Positions 54,801 through 62,900 of a DNA stretch of 64,000 nt are shown piece after piece. This DNA comes from Macrostomum hystrix (Eukaryota > Animalia > Platyhelminthes), in the NCBI GenBank assembly GCA_950097015.1, contig CATNEN010000025.1, positions 6,696,001 through 6,760,000 of the forward strand. Direction: 5' to 3'. The position numbers and the translations under genes were made by a program. The notes beneath the pieces are model-generated. The model was not told where the DNA came from. It ran no database searches and saw only the letters and a program-made list of their open reading frames with translations. The number at the start of each line of letters is the position of its first letter. Position 1 is the first letter of the stretch.

Positions 54801-56681
54801 ATTCTCAAATATCGATCGGTTTTCATTCTCTTAATTGCAGCGATCGACTTAATTAACCAGCTGCTGCAGGTAAAGCTGCGGCACAGGCTGTCAGCTGATA
54901 AGACCCTCATGCACGTCTGGCTGCAGGTAAATTGTTCAGGGGCAGCAGAAGCAGCAGCAGCAGCAGCAGCAGCAACATTGCCCATTATAGTCCCGTCTAA
55001 TGTTTGGGCTTAAAATATTTGTGTTATTTTTTTACAATTAGACTTCGCGCTTGTCCAGAACTAATCCAGTTACATGCATAATAGCAGCTGGTGCCATTAT
55101 TGGTGTAGATTAATTGAAATCTCGAGATCAAAACAACACGTACAGGGTAGGTCTAGTAACTAAGGCTGAATTAGCTATGCCAAATCCCAATTCACCAAAA
55201 TCCCAATCATAGAACTAGTCATAACAAACAGAGGAGGTGGTAATGAACCAGTCATAGCACACAGAGGAGGGGGTAATGAACCAGTCATAGCACGCAGAGG
55301 AGGGGGTAATGAACCAGTCATAACACGCATAGGAGGGGGTAATTAACCAGTCATGCACGCAGAGGAGGGGTAATGAACCAGTCATAGCACACAGAGGAGG
55401 GGGTAATGAACCAGTCATAGCACACAGAGGAGGGGTAATGAACCAGTCATAGCACACAGAGGAGGGGGTAATGAACCAGTCATAGCACGCAGAGGAGGGG
55501 TAATGAACCAGTCATAGCACACAGAGGAGGGGGTAATGAACCAGTCATAACAAACAGAGGAGGGGGTAATTAACCAGTCATAACAAACAGAGGAGGGGGT
55601 AATGAACCAGTCATAGCACGCAGAGGAGGGGGTAATGAACCAGTCATAACAAACAGAGGAGGGGGTAATGACCCAGTGACAAAGATGGCAGTGATTATGC
55701 AGATAGAAGTGATATCCATCTAGATTGTAGCTGATTCAAATTCGCCAAAGTCAAAGCTATTAGAGAATATAAGCTTTAAAGATAAAGCCAACTGAACAAT
55801 GGCGTGTTGTACCAGAAACATTTTAGACACCCGCAGGTCCAGATTGTATTAGGTTTTCTAACACCTTTTTGCAACTGCATGCAAGTATATTTACAGATAT
55901 ACCTAGCTCCTTAGTTACATATTAGTTATTTATTGAGTTATTTACCTGGAATGATTTGCATGTTCATTTTAGAGGTGTCGTCGTTCCAAATACATTCACG
56001 TCTACTTATATTTCTCAGTAGTATGTTAGATAGAAGTTATTTTAACTTTCTGGTTCGCGGAAAATTTTCTGATGTCACTTAAGGTGTCAATTAAGGTGGC
56101 TTTTTTGAATTTGAAATAACGAATTTGAAAAGTGAAAATCTAGACGGGCTTATAATTATTCAGTACTTGATTAGATATTATACCAACAGGCGCAAAGTGA
56201 GATATATGCAGCTGTTTTCTCACGTCACGCAATACTTTTAACTATTTTTAGAGTCTACTAAGTTCAAATTAGCGCGAAAATGAAATTTTGCCGAACGGCG
56301 GTTATAACAAACTAACTGTACTAAATGCAACGTAAACAAAAAGGACTAAACTTTGTTGAAATTGTTTGAAAAGAACAATCCAAGCAGAGGAAAAGTATTG
56401 GCGCGAATTTAAATGTAAGCAGTTCAACAAAAATGCCGTCAATAAAGCAGTCAGCTGACACCCGACTCGCCCCTCGACACCGCGCCCAGGACTACGCCTG
56501 CTGGTGCGATCTGCGCAAGCTGGAGCTTCGCTGCGGCGGCAGTCGCTACCTGACGGACGAATCAGACGACGAGCGCTGGGAGTCGCTGCGCCGCCGTCGC
56601 GGCCTGGCCGAATGGGAGAAATACGGCTGGAATTCCGAACTGGCGTCTCCGATATACTACTCGGCCGACGGAGAGAAGTAG
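752..56681 (+). CDS. PRKD: Serine/threonine protein kinase D (PKD/PKC-mu family), spliced: join(752..809,2064..2204,3949..4290,4373..4459,10860..11019,11111..11234,44095..44172,48854..49447,49530..49905,50787..50862,51629..51735,54841..54926,56490..56681); 806 aa
   Basis: All introns are GT-AG, phases match at every junction, and the total of 2,421 nt is a multiple of 3. The protein has two C1 zinc fingers, the PKD motif [10 protein letters not shown], a PH domain, a kinase with HCDLKPEN / [27 protein letters not shown] / [11 protein letters not shown], and the C-terminal TDESDDERW motif. Confidence 0.93.
1000..1220. repeat. 36-nt minisatellite (GAGGGGTGGGTGCAACTTTATGGCCAAAGAATTGGA)
   Basis: About 6 copies; degenerate copies resume at ~1674-1930 after the foldback element. 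Confidence 0.9.
1222..1668. mobile_element. Foldback/MITE-like element with modular inverted ends
   Basis: Left end CCTGGACACTTCGTCATCTTACAACTTCGTCATC; rc of right end CCTAGACACTTCGTCATCTTACAACTTCGTCATC. Further internal GATGACGAA modules. It splits a 36-nt minisatellite. No TSD found. Confidence 0.65.
1674..1930. repeat. Degenerate continuation of the 36-39-nt GGGTGGGTGCAAC minisatellite
   Basis: Same core motif, more diverged. Confidence 0.75.
2064..2204 (+). CDS. PRKD: PKD exon 2, first half of C1a ([32 protein letters not shown])
   Basis: Acceptor CTAATTTGCAG, donor GTGAGT, C1 Cys/His spacing. Too short for the ORF track. Confidence 0.93.
3180..3920. repeat. 33-nt tandem array (CGGTCATTCAAGTAGCTTGGCTCATTGTCCCAT)
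   Basis: About 22 near-identical copies ending ~28 nt before the exon 3 acceptor. Confidence 0.97.
3949..4290 (+). CDS. PRKD: PKD exon 3: end of C1a, Gln-rich linker, first half of C1b
   Basis: CGLNFHKRC...GRPLWL...[20 protein letters not shown]; flanked by CAG and GTCAG. Confidence 0.95.
4373..4459 (+). CDS. PRKD: PKD exon 4, end of C1b ([18 protein letters not shown])
   Basis: Acceptor TTTTATTCAG, donor GTGAG, phase 1 to phase 1. Confidence 0.93.
4660..5065. repeat. ~35-nt minisatellite (GGGTGCAACCCTGAGCCACAGAAATGGAGGA)
   Basis: About 11 copies; same GGGTGGGTGCAA core as the intron 1 array. Confidence 0.9.
5654..9092. repeat. 23-nt purine-rich satellite (AGACAGATGAAATGAGAGCAATT)
   Basis: About 150 copies with higher-order structure. 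Confidence 0.98.
9673..10219. repeat. 8-nt tandem array (TGAGTTCG/TGAGTTCA)
   Basis: About 65 copies. Confidence 0.95.
10565..10832. repeat. 24-nt minisatellite (TGGGAGAAAATGGAACTGAGTCGA)
   Basis: About 11 copies ending just before the exon 5 acceptor. Confidence 0.95.
10860..11019 (+). CDS. PRKD: PKD exon 5, acidic and Gly/Ser-rich linker ([16 protein letters not shown])
   Basis: CAG acceptor and GTGAG donor; phase 1 in and phase 2 out fits both neighbours; acidic stretch expected between C1b and PH. Confidence 0.8.
11111..11234 (+). CDS. PRKD: PKD exon 6, start of PH ([18 protein letters not shown]...[10 protein letters not shown])
   Basis: Acceptor TTTTTTTCAG, PKD signature motif, donor GAG|GTACC. 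Confidence 0.92.
11940..43548. repeat. Giant 23-nt polypyrimidine satellite (CTCCCAACTCATCTCTCTCTTGT and variants), ~31.6 kb, ~1,370 monomers, inside PKD intron 6
   Basis: Continuous array of monomer variants (CCAACTC/CTCATCT/CTCACCT/CATTCCCATCT). It ends in a homogeneous CATTCCCATCTTATCTCTCTCTT block at ~43030-43540. Confidence 0.99.
44095..44172 (+). CDS. PRKD: PKD exon 7, PH domain ([26 protein letters not shown])
   Basis: 78 nt, phase 0 to 0, CCAG acceptor and GTGAG donor. Matches the PKD RKRHYWRLDSK...RYYK segment. It is the first exon after the satellite intron. Confidence 0.93.
44770..45045. mobile_element. hAT-superfamily MITE (276 bp) nested in the Helitron
   Basis: Imperfect TIRs CAGTGGCAGATCCAGG and rc CAGAGGCAGATTTAGG; exact 8-bp TSD TATACAGT at 44762-44769 and 45046-45053; internal ~21-nt GC-rich repeats. 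Confidence 0.85.
45198..45880 (-). pseudogene. Helitron RepHel PIF1-helicase C-terminal fragment, frameshifted
   Basis: [29 protein letters not shown] and [21 protein letters not shown]...[15 protein letters not shown] 1-nt loss near 45453-45457 splits V-P-R-I-P-I-I-P between two frames. Confidence 0.9.
47320..48160. repeat. 56-nt tandem array (TTCTCTAACCCCAGATGTAGATTGAATAAGACAGAGCCTCAATTTATCGACAGCGC)
   Basis: About 15 copies. Confidence 0.95.
48854..49447 (+). CDS. PRKD: PKD exon 8: end of PH with poly-Gly inserts, kinase N-lobe ([25 protein letters not shown])
   Basis: CAG|GAG ATC acceptor; 594 nt, phase 0 to 0. Confidence 0.93.
49530..49905 (+). CDS. PRKD: PKD exon 9, catalytic core and activation loop
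   Basis: [11 protein letters not shown] and [13 protein letters not shown]; CCCCAG acceptor and GTGAGT donor. Confidence 0.96.
49951..50218. repeat. 55-nt tandem array
   Basis: About 5 near-identical copies starting GAATGTACATTGTCCCAGCC at 49951, 50006, 50061, 50116 and 50171. Confidence 0.95.
50787..50862 (+). CDS. PRKD: PKD exon 10 ([26 protein letters not shown])
   Basis: Kinase subdomains VIII-IX; TTCCAG acceptor and GTGAG donor. Confidence 0.95.
51101..51157 (+). mobile_element. tRNA-like SINE head, probably of an older element interrupted by the 51232-51518 SINE
   Basis: A box TGGTCAACTGG and B box GAGTTCGATTCC; no complete cloverleaf. Confidence 0.5.
51232..51518 (-). mobile_element. 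tRNA-derived SINE (287 bp) with 13-bp TSD
   Basis: On -, A box TGGCAGAGCGG and B box GAGTTCGATTCC with an AT-rich tail. The direct repeat CGTACCAGTATTA lies at 51219-51231 and 51519-51531. Confidence 0.8.
51629..51735 (+). CDS. PRKD: PKD exon 11 ([35 protein letters not shown])
   Basis: PKD-specific subdomain X motif; TGCAG acceptor and GTGAGT donor. Confidence 0.95.
52570..53445. repeat. 20-nt purine-rich array (GAGAGTGGGGTAGATTGTGA)
   Basis: About 43 copies, ending ~90 nt before exon 12a. Confidence 0.95.
53539..53627 (+). CDS. PRKD: Candidate alternative, mutually exclusive PKD exon 12a ([30 protein letters not shown])
   Basis: Acceptor CCACTTGCAG in the same phase as exon 12b. The peptide aligns without gaps to 12b. 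The donor GAG|GTTTCA is weak. Confidence 0.6.
53885..54460. repeat. 16-nt array (TCCCAATTCACCAAAA)
   Basis: Degenerate tandem copies between exons 12a and 12b; a short copy recurs at ~55183-55207. Confidence 0.9.
54841..54926 (+). CDS. PRKD: PKD exon 12b, subdomain XI ([29 protein letters not shown])
   Basis: Canonical PKD sequence; TTAATTGCAG acceptor and GTAAAT donor. Confidence 0.93.
54943..54976. repeat. (CAG)n microsatellite
   Basis: About 10 units just downstream of the exon 12b donor. Confidence 0.9.
55215..55680. repeat. 33-nt array (ATGAACCAGTCATAGCACACAGAGGAGGGGGTA)
   Basis: About 14 copies. Confidence 0.95.
56490..56681 (+). CDS. PRKD: PKD terminal coding exon ([12 protein letters not shown]...[12 protein letters not shown]...SADGEK*)
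   Basis: CCCAG acceptor, conserved post-kinase motif, TAG stop. Confidence 0.92.
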   Translation, partial: DYACWCDLRKLELRCGGSRYLTDESDDERWESLRRRRGLAEWEKYGWNSELASPIYYSADGEK

Positions 56682-57007
56682 TAGTATACAAAGTGTCGTT
56701 CTGTTATTTCCTAGACATTTTCTCGTTATTTTGCGTTTCTTGATAGGAAAAATAATTTGTTAATTTTAACATTCGAAAACCTTTTTTGCAGTCGCAGAGT
56801 TTTTGTATTTTAATTCCAGAAAGACACCTAACTTCATTTAAGAAATTAATTAGTAGCTCATATAAAGCTTTAATAAGTGTTACATGTATACTAGTAGAAT
56901 ATGTTTTAATTCATTGGTGAGACAATTACCTGGCTCACTGAGAGTTACTAACTCAATATTAGTAAAACGTGCAAATTGTGGACAGGCTTGCGTTACAATA
57001 GTACTTT

Positions 57008-57013
57008 AATAAA
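57008..57013 (+). promoter_or_regulatory. Candidate polyadenylation signal (AATAAA) of the PKD gene
   Basis: AATAAA in AT-rich sequence about 330 nt after the stop codon; position only. Confidence 0.35.
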
Positions 57014-57334
57014 TTAGATATTTGTGCATGCTCTGTAACCTTTAAATTGGCAATATTTAATTATTTAATCGTAATTGTTGTATTGTCACTCATGAAACTG
57101 ATTACAATTACTCGTATATATTTGCCTATTTCGCAAGAATCTATTGAATCACGCAAGTAATCACTTTAGGTATTTGTCAAGCACTGTCTACAGTGCTATC
57201 TGTGTGCACCCAGGTTTGTGAATTGAAATAATCTAATCATCATTACATGCCACCCACTGTTATGATTGGCCTGAGTAATGATCGGTCATTACCAAAGCCC
57301 AAAAGTCAGCGATCGGGTCAATAATTATTACCCA

Positions 57335-58295
57335 ACATCCAGTGTGATGATAGGTCCTTACCCAACACCCATTGTAATGATAGGTCATTACCCAACACCC
57401 ATTGTAATGATAGGTCATTACCCAAACACAGTGTGATGATAGGTCATTACCCAACACCCATTGTAATGATAGGTCATTACCCAACACCCATTGTAATGAT
57501 GGGTCATTACCCAAACCCAGTGTGATGATAGGTCATTACCCAACACCCAGTGTGATGATAGGTCATTACCCAACACCCATTGCAATGATAGGTCCATTAC
57601 CCAACACCCATTGTAATAATAGGTCATTACCCAACACCCATTGTAATGATGGGTCATTACCCAAACCCAGTGTGATGATAGGTCATTACCCAAACACAGT
57701 GTGATGATAGGTCATTACCCAACACCCATTGTAATGATAGGTCATTACCCAACACCCATTGCAATGATAGGTCCATTACCCAACACCCATTGTAATAATA
57801 GGTCATTACCCAACACCCATTGTAATGATGGGTCATTACCCAAACCCAGTGTGATGATAGGTCATTACCCAACACCCAGTGTGATGATAGGTCATTACCC
57901 AACACCCATTGTAATGATAGGTCATTACCCAACACCCATTGTAATGATAGGTCATTACCCAAACACAGTGTGATGATAGGTCATTACCCAACACCCAGTG
58001 TGATGATAGGTCATTACCCAACACCCATTGTAATGATAGGTCATTACCCAACACCCATTGTAATGATAGGTCATTACCCAAACCCATTGTAATGATAGGT
58101 CATTACCCAGACCCAGTGTGATGATAGGTCATTACCCAACACCCAGTGTGATGATAGGTCATTACCCAACACCCATTGTAATGATAGGTCATTACCCAAC
58201 ACCCATTGTAATGATAGGTCATTACCCAAACCCATTGTAATGATAGGTCATTACCCAGACCCAGTGTGATGATAGGTCATTACCCAAAACCCAGT
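57335..58295. repeat. 30-nt array with internal hairpin (ATGATAGGTCATTACCCAACACCCATTGTA)
   Basis: About 32 copies; GTAATGA-TAGG-TCATTAC is a perfect 7-bp inverted repeat. Confidence 0.95.
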
Positions 58296-58934
58296 AGAGT
58301 GCACAAAGGAACACCAATATCTTGCTGTATAGTGTATTGAAAGGTCGCAAGATACTCTTGCTGCCCTTAACAATATCATATCGAAGAAGCCCTTTGTTTT
58401 CAGCCTAAAAATGTTTGCGTCTCTCTAAACATTCTACTCAATTATATCTGGATAGTAGTATAATACTGGTAGAAGCAGATTCATGTTGGAGTAATGTGCA
58501 AGAAAATAGTAAAAAAGCTTCATATCTATTATTTTGAATGATTTTGTGTGAGCTAATTGTAACAGACTGTTGATTTTATTTGAGTACGCTCATGTGAGCA
58601 CAGTGTTGGCTAAAAACAAAATTGCGAAGAACTAAAGTACACAAACATATAATTGTGTCATAGAAGCATTGCATACGCAACTCTAATTACTCGTTAAATC
58701 TGTCAGCTTGTCAGATGGTGTCAGTGGTACAGACGACACAGTTTAATTGGAGAATATAACGAAACAATCAATTTATAAATAAATTATTTGCGCTACAAAT
58801 TCAATTGGACTGGAATGCAACCCTGGCGACAAGTCTAAGTAGCAACTAGCATGATTCAGATGGGATGAATGCATCAGCGAATTCTTTAACTGCGGGATTG
58901 CGATGCGAGGATAAAATCTACTAAGCAAAAAGAT

Positions 58935-59415
58935 GAAAGAATAAAGCAAGGAGCGGATTAAAGAATGAAGTAGGGAGCGGATAAAAGAATGAAGTAGGGA
59001 GCGGATAAAAGAATGAAGTAGGGAGCGGATAAAAGAATGAAGTAGGGAGCGGATAAAAGAATGAAGTAGGGAGCGGATAAAAGAATGAAGTAGGGAGCGG
59101 ATAAAAGAATGAAGTAGGGAGCGGATAAAAGAATGAAGTAGGGAGCGGATTAAAGAATGAAGTAGGGAGCGGATTAAAGAATGCAGTAGAGAGCGGATGA
59201 AGTAATGTAGTAGAGAGCGGATAAAGTAATGCAGTAGAGAGCGGATGAAGTAATGCAGTACAGAGCAGATGAAGTAATGCAGTAGAGAGCGGATGAAGTA
59301 ATGCAGTAGAGAGCGGATGAAGTAATGTAGTAGAGAGCGGATAAAGTAAGGTAGTAGGTAGCCGATGAAGTATTGGGGTAGGGAGCGGATGAAAGAATGA
59401 ATCAATGAGCGGATA
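58935..59415. repeat. 24-nt array (GGGAGCGGATAAAAGAATGAAGTA)
   Basis: About 20 copies just downstream of the MMS19 stop codon. Confidence 0.95.
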
Positions 59416-59501
59416 AGCAAATAAAACGGCTAGAAATCGATCAGGAAACACGGAAGACGATTAACGGAGCGGGTGGCGCAACTTTAATTGGTTGTACGAG
59501 A

Positions 59502-59903
59502 TCAGCCAATCAGAAACCAGGCGTTGCGGGCCCGCGCGGCGTCACCCCGAGCCAGCCGCTTGGGATCGTTGAGGGCAGCGCCGAGGCGAGCAACGACAGC
59601 GGGCCGGTGTGGCAGCAGCTCTGCGGTAGGCAGGCCGCCAGTCGCCAATCGGCGAAGCAGCCGGGCGGAGGCCCGCCTGGCTTCCAAATCGGCGCGGCCA
59701 GGCTCCAGGCAGGCGAGCAGGCGCGGCAGTAGGTCGCCGAGACAGCGCGGCGCCATGGCACCCAGAGCGGCCTGACGGGAGGCTAGAGTCTCCAGCAGGC
59801 GAAGAATTGGAGCGCGGAGGCTGCCAGCTGAAGCTGCTTCGTCAGCCGGTTGAAGGTGCAGCATCAGGGCCGGAATCAGCTGCGGGATTTCGGAGTTCAG
59901 GAG
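59502..59903 (-). CDS. MMS19: MMS19 terminal coding exon
   Basis: Acceptor GCAATAG, TGA stop at 59504-59502, conserved D-x-KRL-x-R...A...R..WFL motif. Confidence 0.85.
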   Translation of the reverse strand, partial: LLNSEIPQLIPALMLHLQPADEAASAGSLRAPILRLLETLASRQAALGAMAPRCLGDLLPRLLACLEPGRADLEARRASARLLRRLATGGLPTAELLPHRPAVVARLGAALNDPKRLARGDAARARNAWFLIG

Positions 59904-62900
59904 CTATTGCGAAGTACGCAGCTTGGGTATTTGAAATACCAGCGTGGTCTCTCCACTGAACTGAAGCACAAGATGATCCAGTTTCTAAAGGAATTTACGA
60001 TTGATAATTAATGTGCAGCCGATAACTGCGTACGGCTGTTCAGTCCATGGACTGGAAAGACACAAATTTTTCCACTGGAGGTCGGGAATCGAACCCCCGA
60101 CCTTCAAGTTTCGAGTCTGACACACTAACTACTAGGCCAGAACCCCCCCCCCGAGTTACGGTTGAATGCCCGGGTTGATAATGCGAATCAGAAAGCAGCC
60201 AGCTCACGGAGTCGATATAGTCCACAATTAGGTCAGGCGATGCCGACTGTGCCAAACTGATAGCTGCTAACAGACAGGCTTCGTCTGAAAATGTTTTATT
60301 GTGTTGGTAATGAAGAGACATCTTATCTACTGACAGTAGCAATGGGTGCTAAATTCAGACTATTTTCTTAGAACTTAGTTATAATGTGGAAATGACCAGC
60401 TTAGCGCCGGCCACAATAGGTTTAAAAATACTCACTGCGCCTCGCATCGGCTAACAGCGGCTGCAGCAGCAGGCAGAGGCACTTCTGTACGGCTAGCGGG
60501 CCAATGGAGGCTTTGGCCGCCGAGCACAGCACTCGATCGCATGGCGTCAGCAGCAGCTCCAGACGGCTGGCGAGCCGCATTGCCAGGCCCTGACGGTCAC
60601 CGTCAATGTAGCCGCGAAGAATTTTCAGAACTCGTTCGGCTAGTTGTGAGAATAGCGGCGATCCGCTGAGCAGGAGGGCCTTCAAGCACCAGGCTAGGAA
60701 TTCGGAGGCGAGCCGCGGATCGGCTGGGCTGTTGTCGGCGATCACGGAGTCGACATCTGATTGCAGTCGTTGCTCCACCGCCGACATGGCAGGATCTTTT
60801 AAAGCATTTGAATGTCAATAATTTTAGCACAATCGTTTCTACAAAAGTACATGTGCACTTTGCACCGATAAAAAGTGCACATGAACTTAAAAGAACATTT
60901 GCACTTCCACAGTAGAACAACCGCGCCATTTTTCCTGTTGGCGAAAGACCACACGGTGCTTCAAATTCTCACTGCCTACTTAACGATAGCTCCCAAACCG
61001 AATGACCGATGACCGTGATTAAAGTCCGATGAACTAATTTTCAAAGCCCTCCGACGTGGAGAAGGGAGCATCGTCAGAGAATCGTTGAATATCTCGACGA
61101 TGCCGATGTTTTGTGATTCTGGAAGTTGTCACAACGGATAGAGCGGAGAATTTCTGCCCGTGTTCTGGATTTTTATGGCAATTGGTTGAATAGTTTAGGA
61201 GATTAGGTATTTGAAATACCCCGAGTTCTTTTTACTGTTAAAAAGTACGTCTGCGATCGAAAAGTACATTGTCACTTATTAAAAGCACACATTCCGTATT
61301 CCGTAGGCAAAGGCTAATTAAAAAAAACTGACGCATTTTATGAATAGACGAATAACGTAAAACGACTCACCTCGACTATAGTCCAGGCACTTGTTAATCA
61401 GGGAGGCGTATAATTCTAGGCTAAATTTGGCACCGTCAGACAAATAGAGAGCGAATAGGCGCGGAAGAAGGGCAACCGCGTGATATTTAACAGTCTGGAA
61501 GAAGAATTTGGATAACTGTAGATCAAATTGATCAAATCAAACAGATCCATTATTGGCGAATGGTGCTCACCTCTGGTGACAAATTAATTAGCAGAGCGCA
61601 GTGCAGCCAACAAAACTGCTCCCTTGTAAGAGCCTGTTGAACAGTCCAGTCAATAGCCGGTTTGACTCTCGACGATTCGTCACTGGGACAGGCGGGTTAA
61701 ACAAGGAATGAAAATTTTTTTTATTCTATCATCTACAATTCAATTTTAGCCCTATTTTTTTCTGTGTTCTTAACCCAGTAACATATGAATAATAATGTTA
61801 CTATACGTTCCTATTCCTTTAATTCCTCTTGTGCTTTCAAATTCTTCAATCTGACCAGATCTTTTCCAATTCTCCCATCTCATCAGACCACTTCCCATTC
61901 TCCCATCTCATCAGATCTTTTCCAATTCTCCCATCTCATCAGACCACTTCCCATTCTCCCATCTCACCAGATCCTTCTCCATTCTCCCATCTCACCAGAT
62001 CATTTTCCATTCTCCCATCTCACCAGATCCTTCTCCATTCTCCCATCTCACCAGATCCTTCTCCATTCTCCCATCTCACCAGATCCTTCTCCATTCTCCC
62101 ATCTCACCAGATCCTTCTCCATTCTCCCATCTCACCAGATCCTTTCCCATTCTCCCATCTCACCAGATCCTTTCCCATTCTCCCATGTCACCAGATCCTT
62201 TCCCATTCTCCCATGTCACCAGATCACTTCCCATTCTCCCATCTCACCAGATCCATCTCCATTCTCCCATCTCACCAGATCCATCTCCATTCTCCCATCT
62301 CACCAGATCCATCTCCATTCTCCCATCTCACCAGATCCTTCTCCATTCTCCCATCTCATCAGATCTCACCAAAACACATCTTTTTTTATCTTTTTTTCAA
62401 TTCCTTTCCCTTTAAGAGGGCCACAACTACAAGGAGAATATATAAAAGCCTCACTCTATTGATAGATTGCGAGCGAAGGCTTGCACGCAGACAAAAGAGG
62501 CGGCTTTGGTCACATCATTGACGCTGGTTCCAGTGAAAGCTCCAGTGAAGCTTTCAAAATGCCCGGTCCACAGGCCGATGGCAGGAGATCGCGCAGCCTC
62601 CGATGCCATTGCTGTCTCCGTGGCCAGTCTCAGGGCTTCCAGGCGCGGTCTGATCTCTTCGGTTGCTGCTGCAAATGGGTGGTCACTATAGAATTAGTCA
62701 CTCAGAGCAGACTTATGGCTTTTCGATGTCCTTCATCCCACTTCCCACGTGTATTTTATCCCACTTCCCACCAGTAATTTAACACACTTCCCACTTGTGT
62801 TTTATCTAACTTACAACCTGTGTTTTATCCCACTTCCCACCTGTGTTTTATCCCACTTCCCACCTGTAATTTATCCCACTTCCCACCTGTGTTTTATCCC

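Noticed and set aside
54927-55013. Read-through of exon 12b into a poly-Ala tail as an alternative C-terminus
   Set aside because: A strong GTAAAT donor and the conserved downstream exon explain the locus. Similar CAG/CTG runs occur in intron 1 (~948-966), so the tract is likely a plain microsatellite.
53885-55207. 16-nt array and its short downstream copy as arms of a foldback transposon
   Set aside because: Both are in direct orientation and no inverted partner was found in the window.
57335-58295. CRISPR-like 30-nt palindromic repeats
   Set aside because: Units are contiguous with no unique spacers, there are no cas genes, and the context is eukaryotic.
52443-62521. Repetitive ORFs at 52443-53558, 54020-54439, 57260-58087, 58773-59420 and 61785-62521 (also 9720-10195, 10493-10884 and 4510-5216)
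   Set aside because: They are direct translations of tandem arrays in introns or intergenic DNA, with no splice or homology support.
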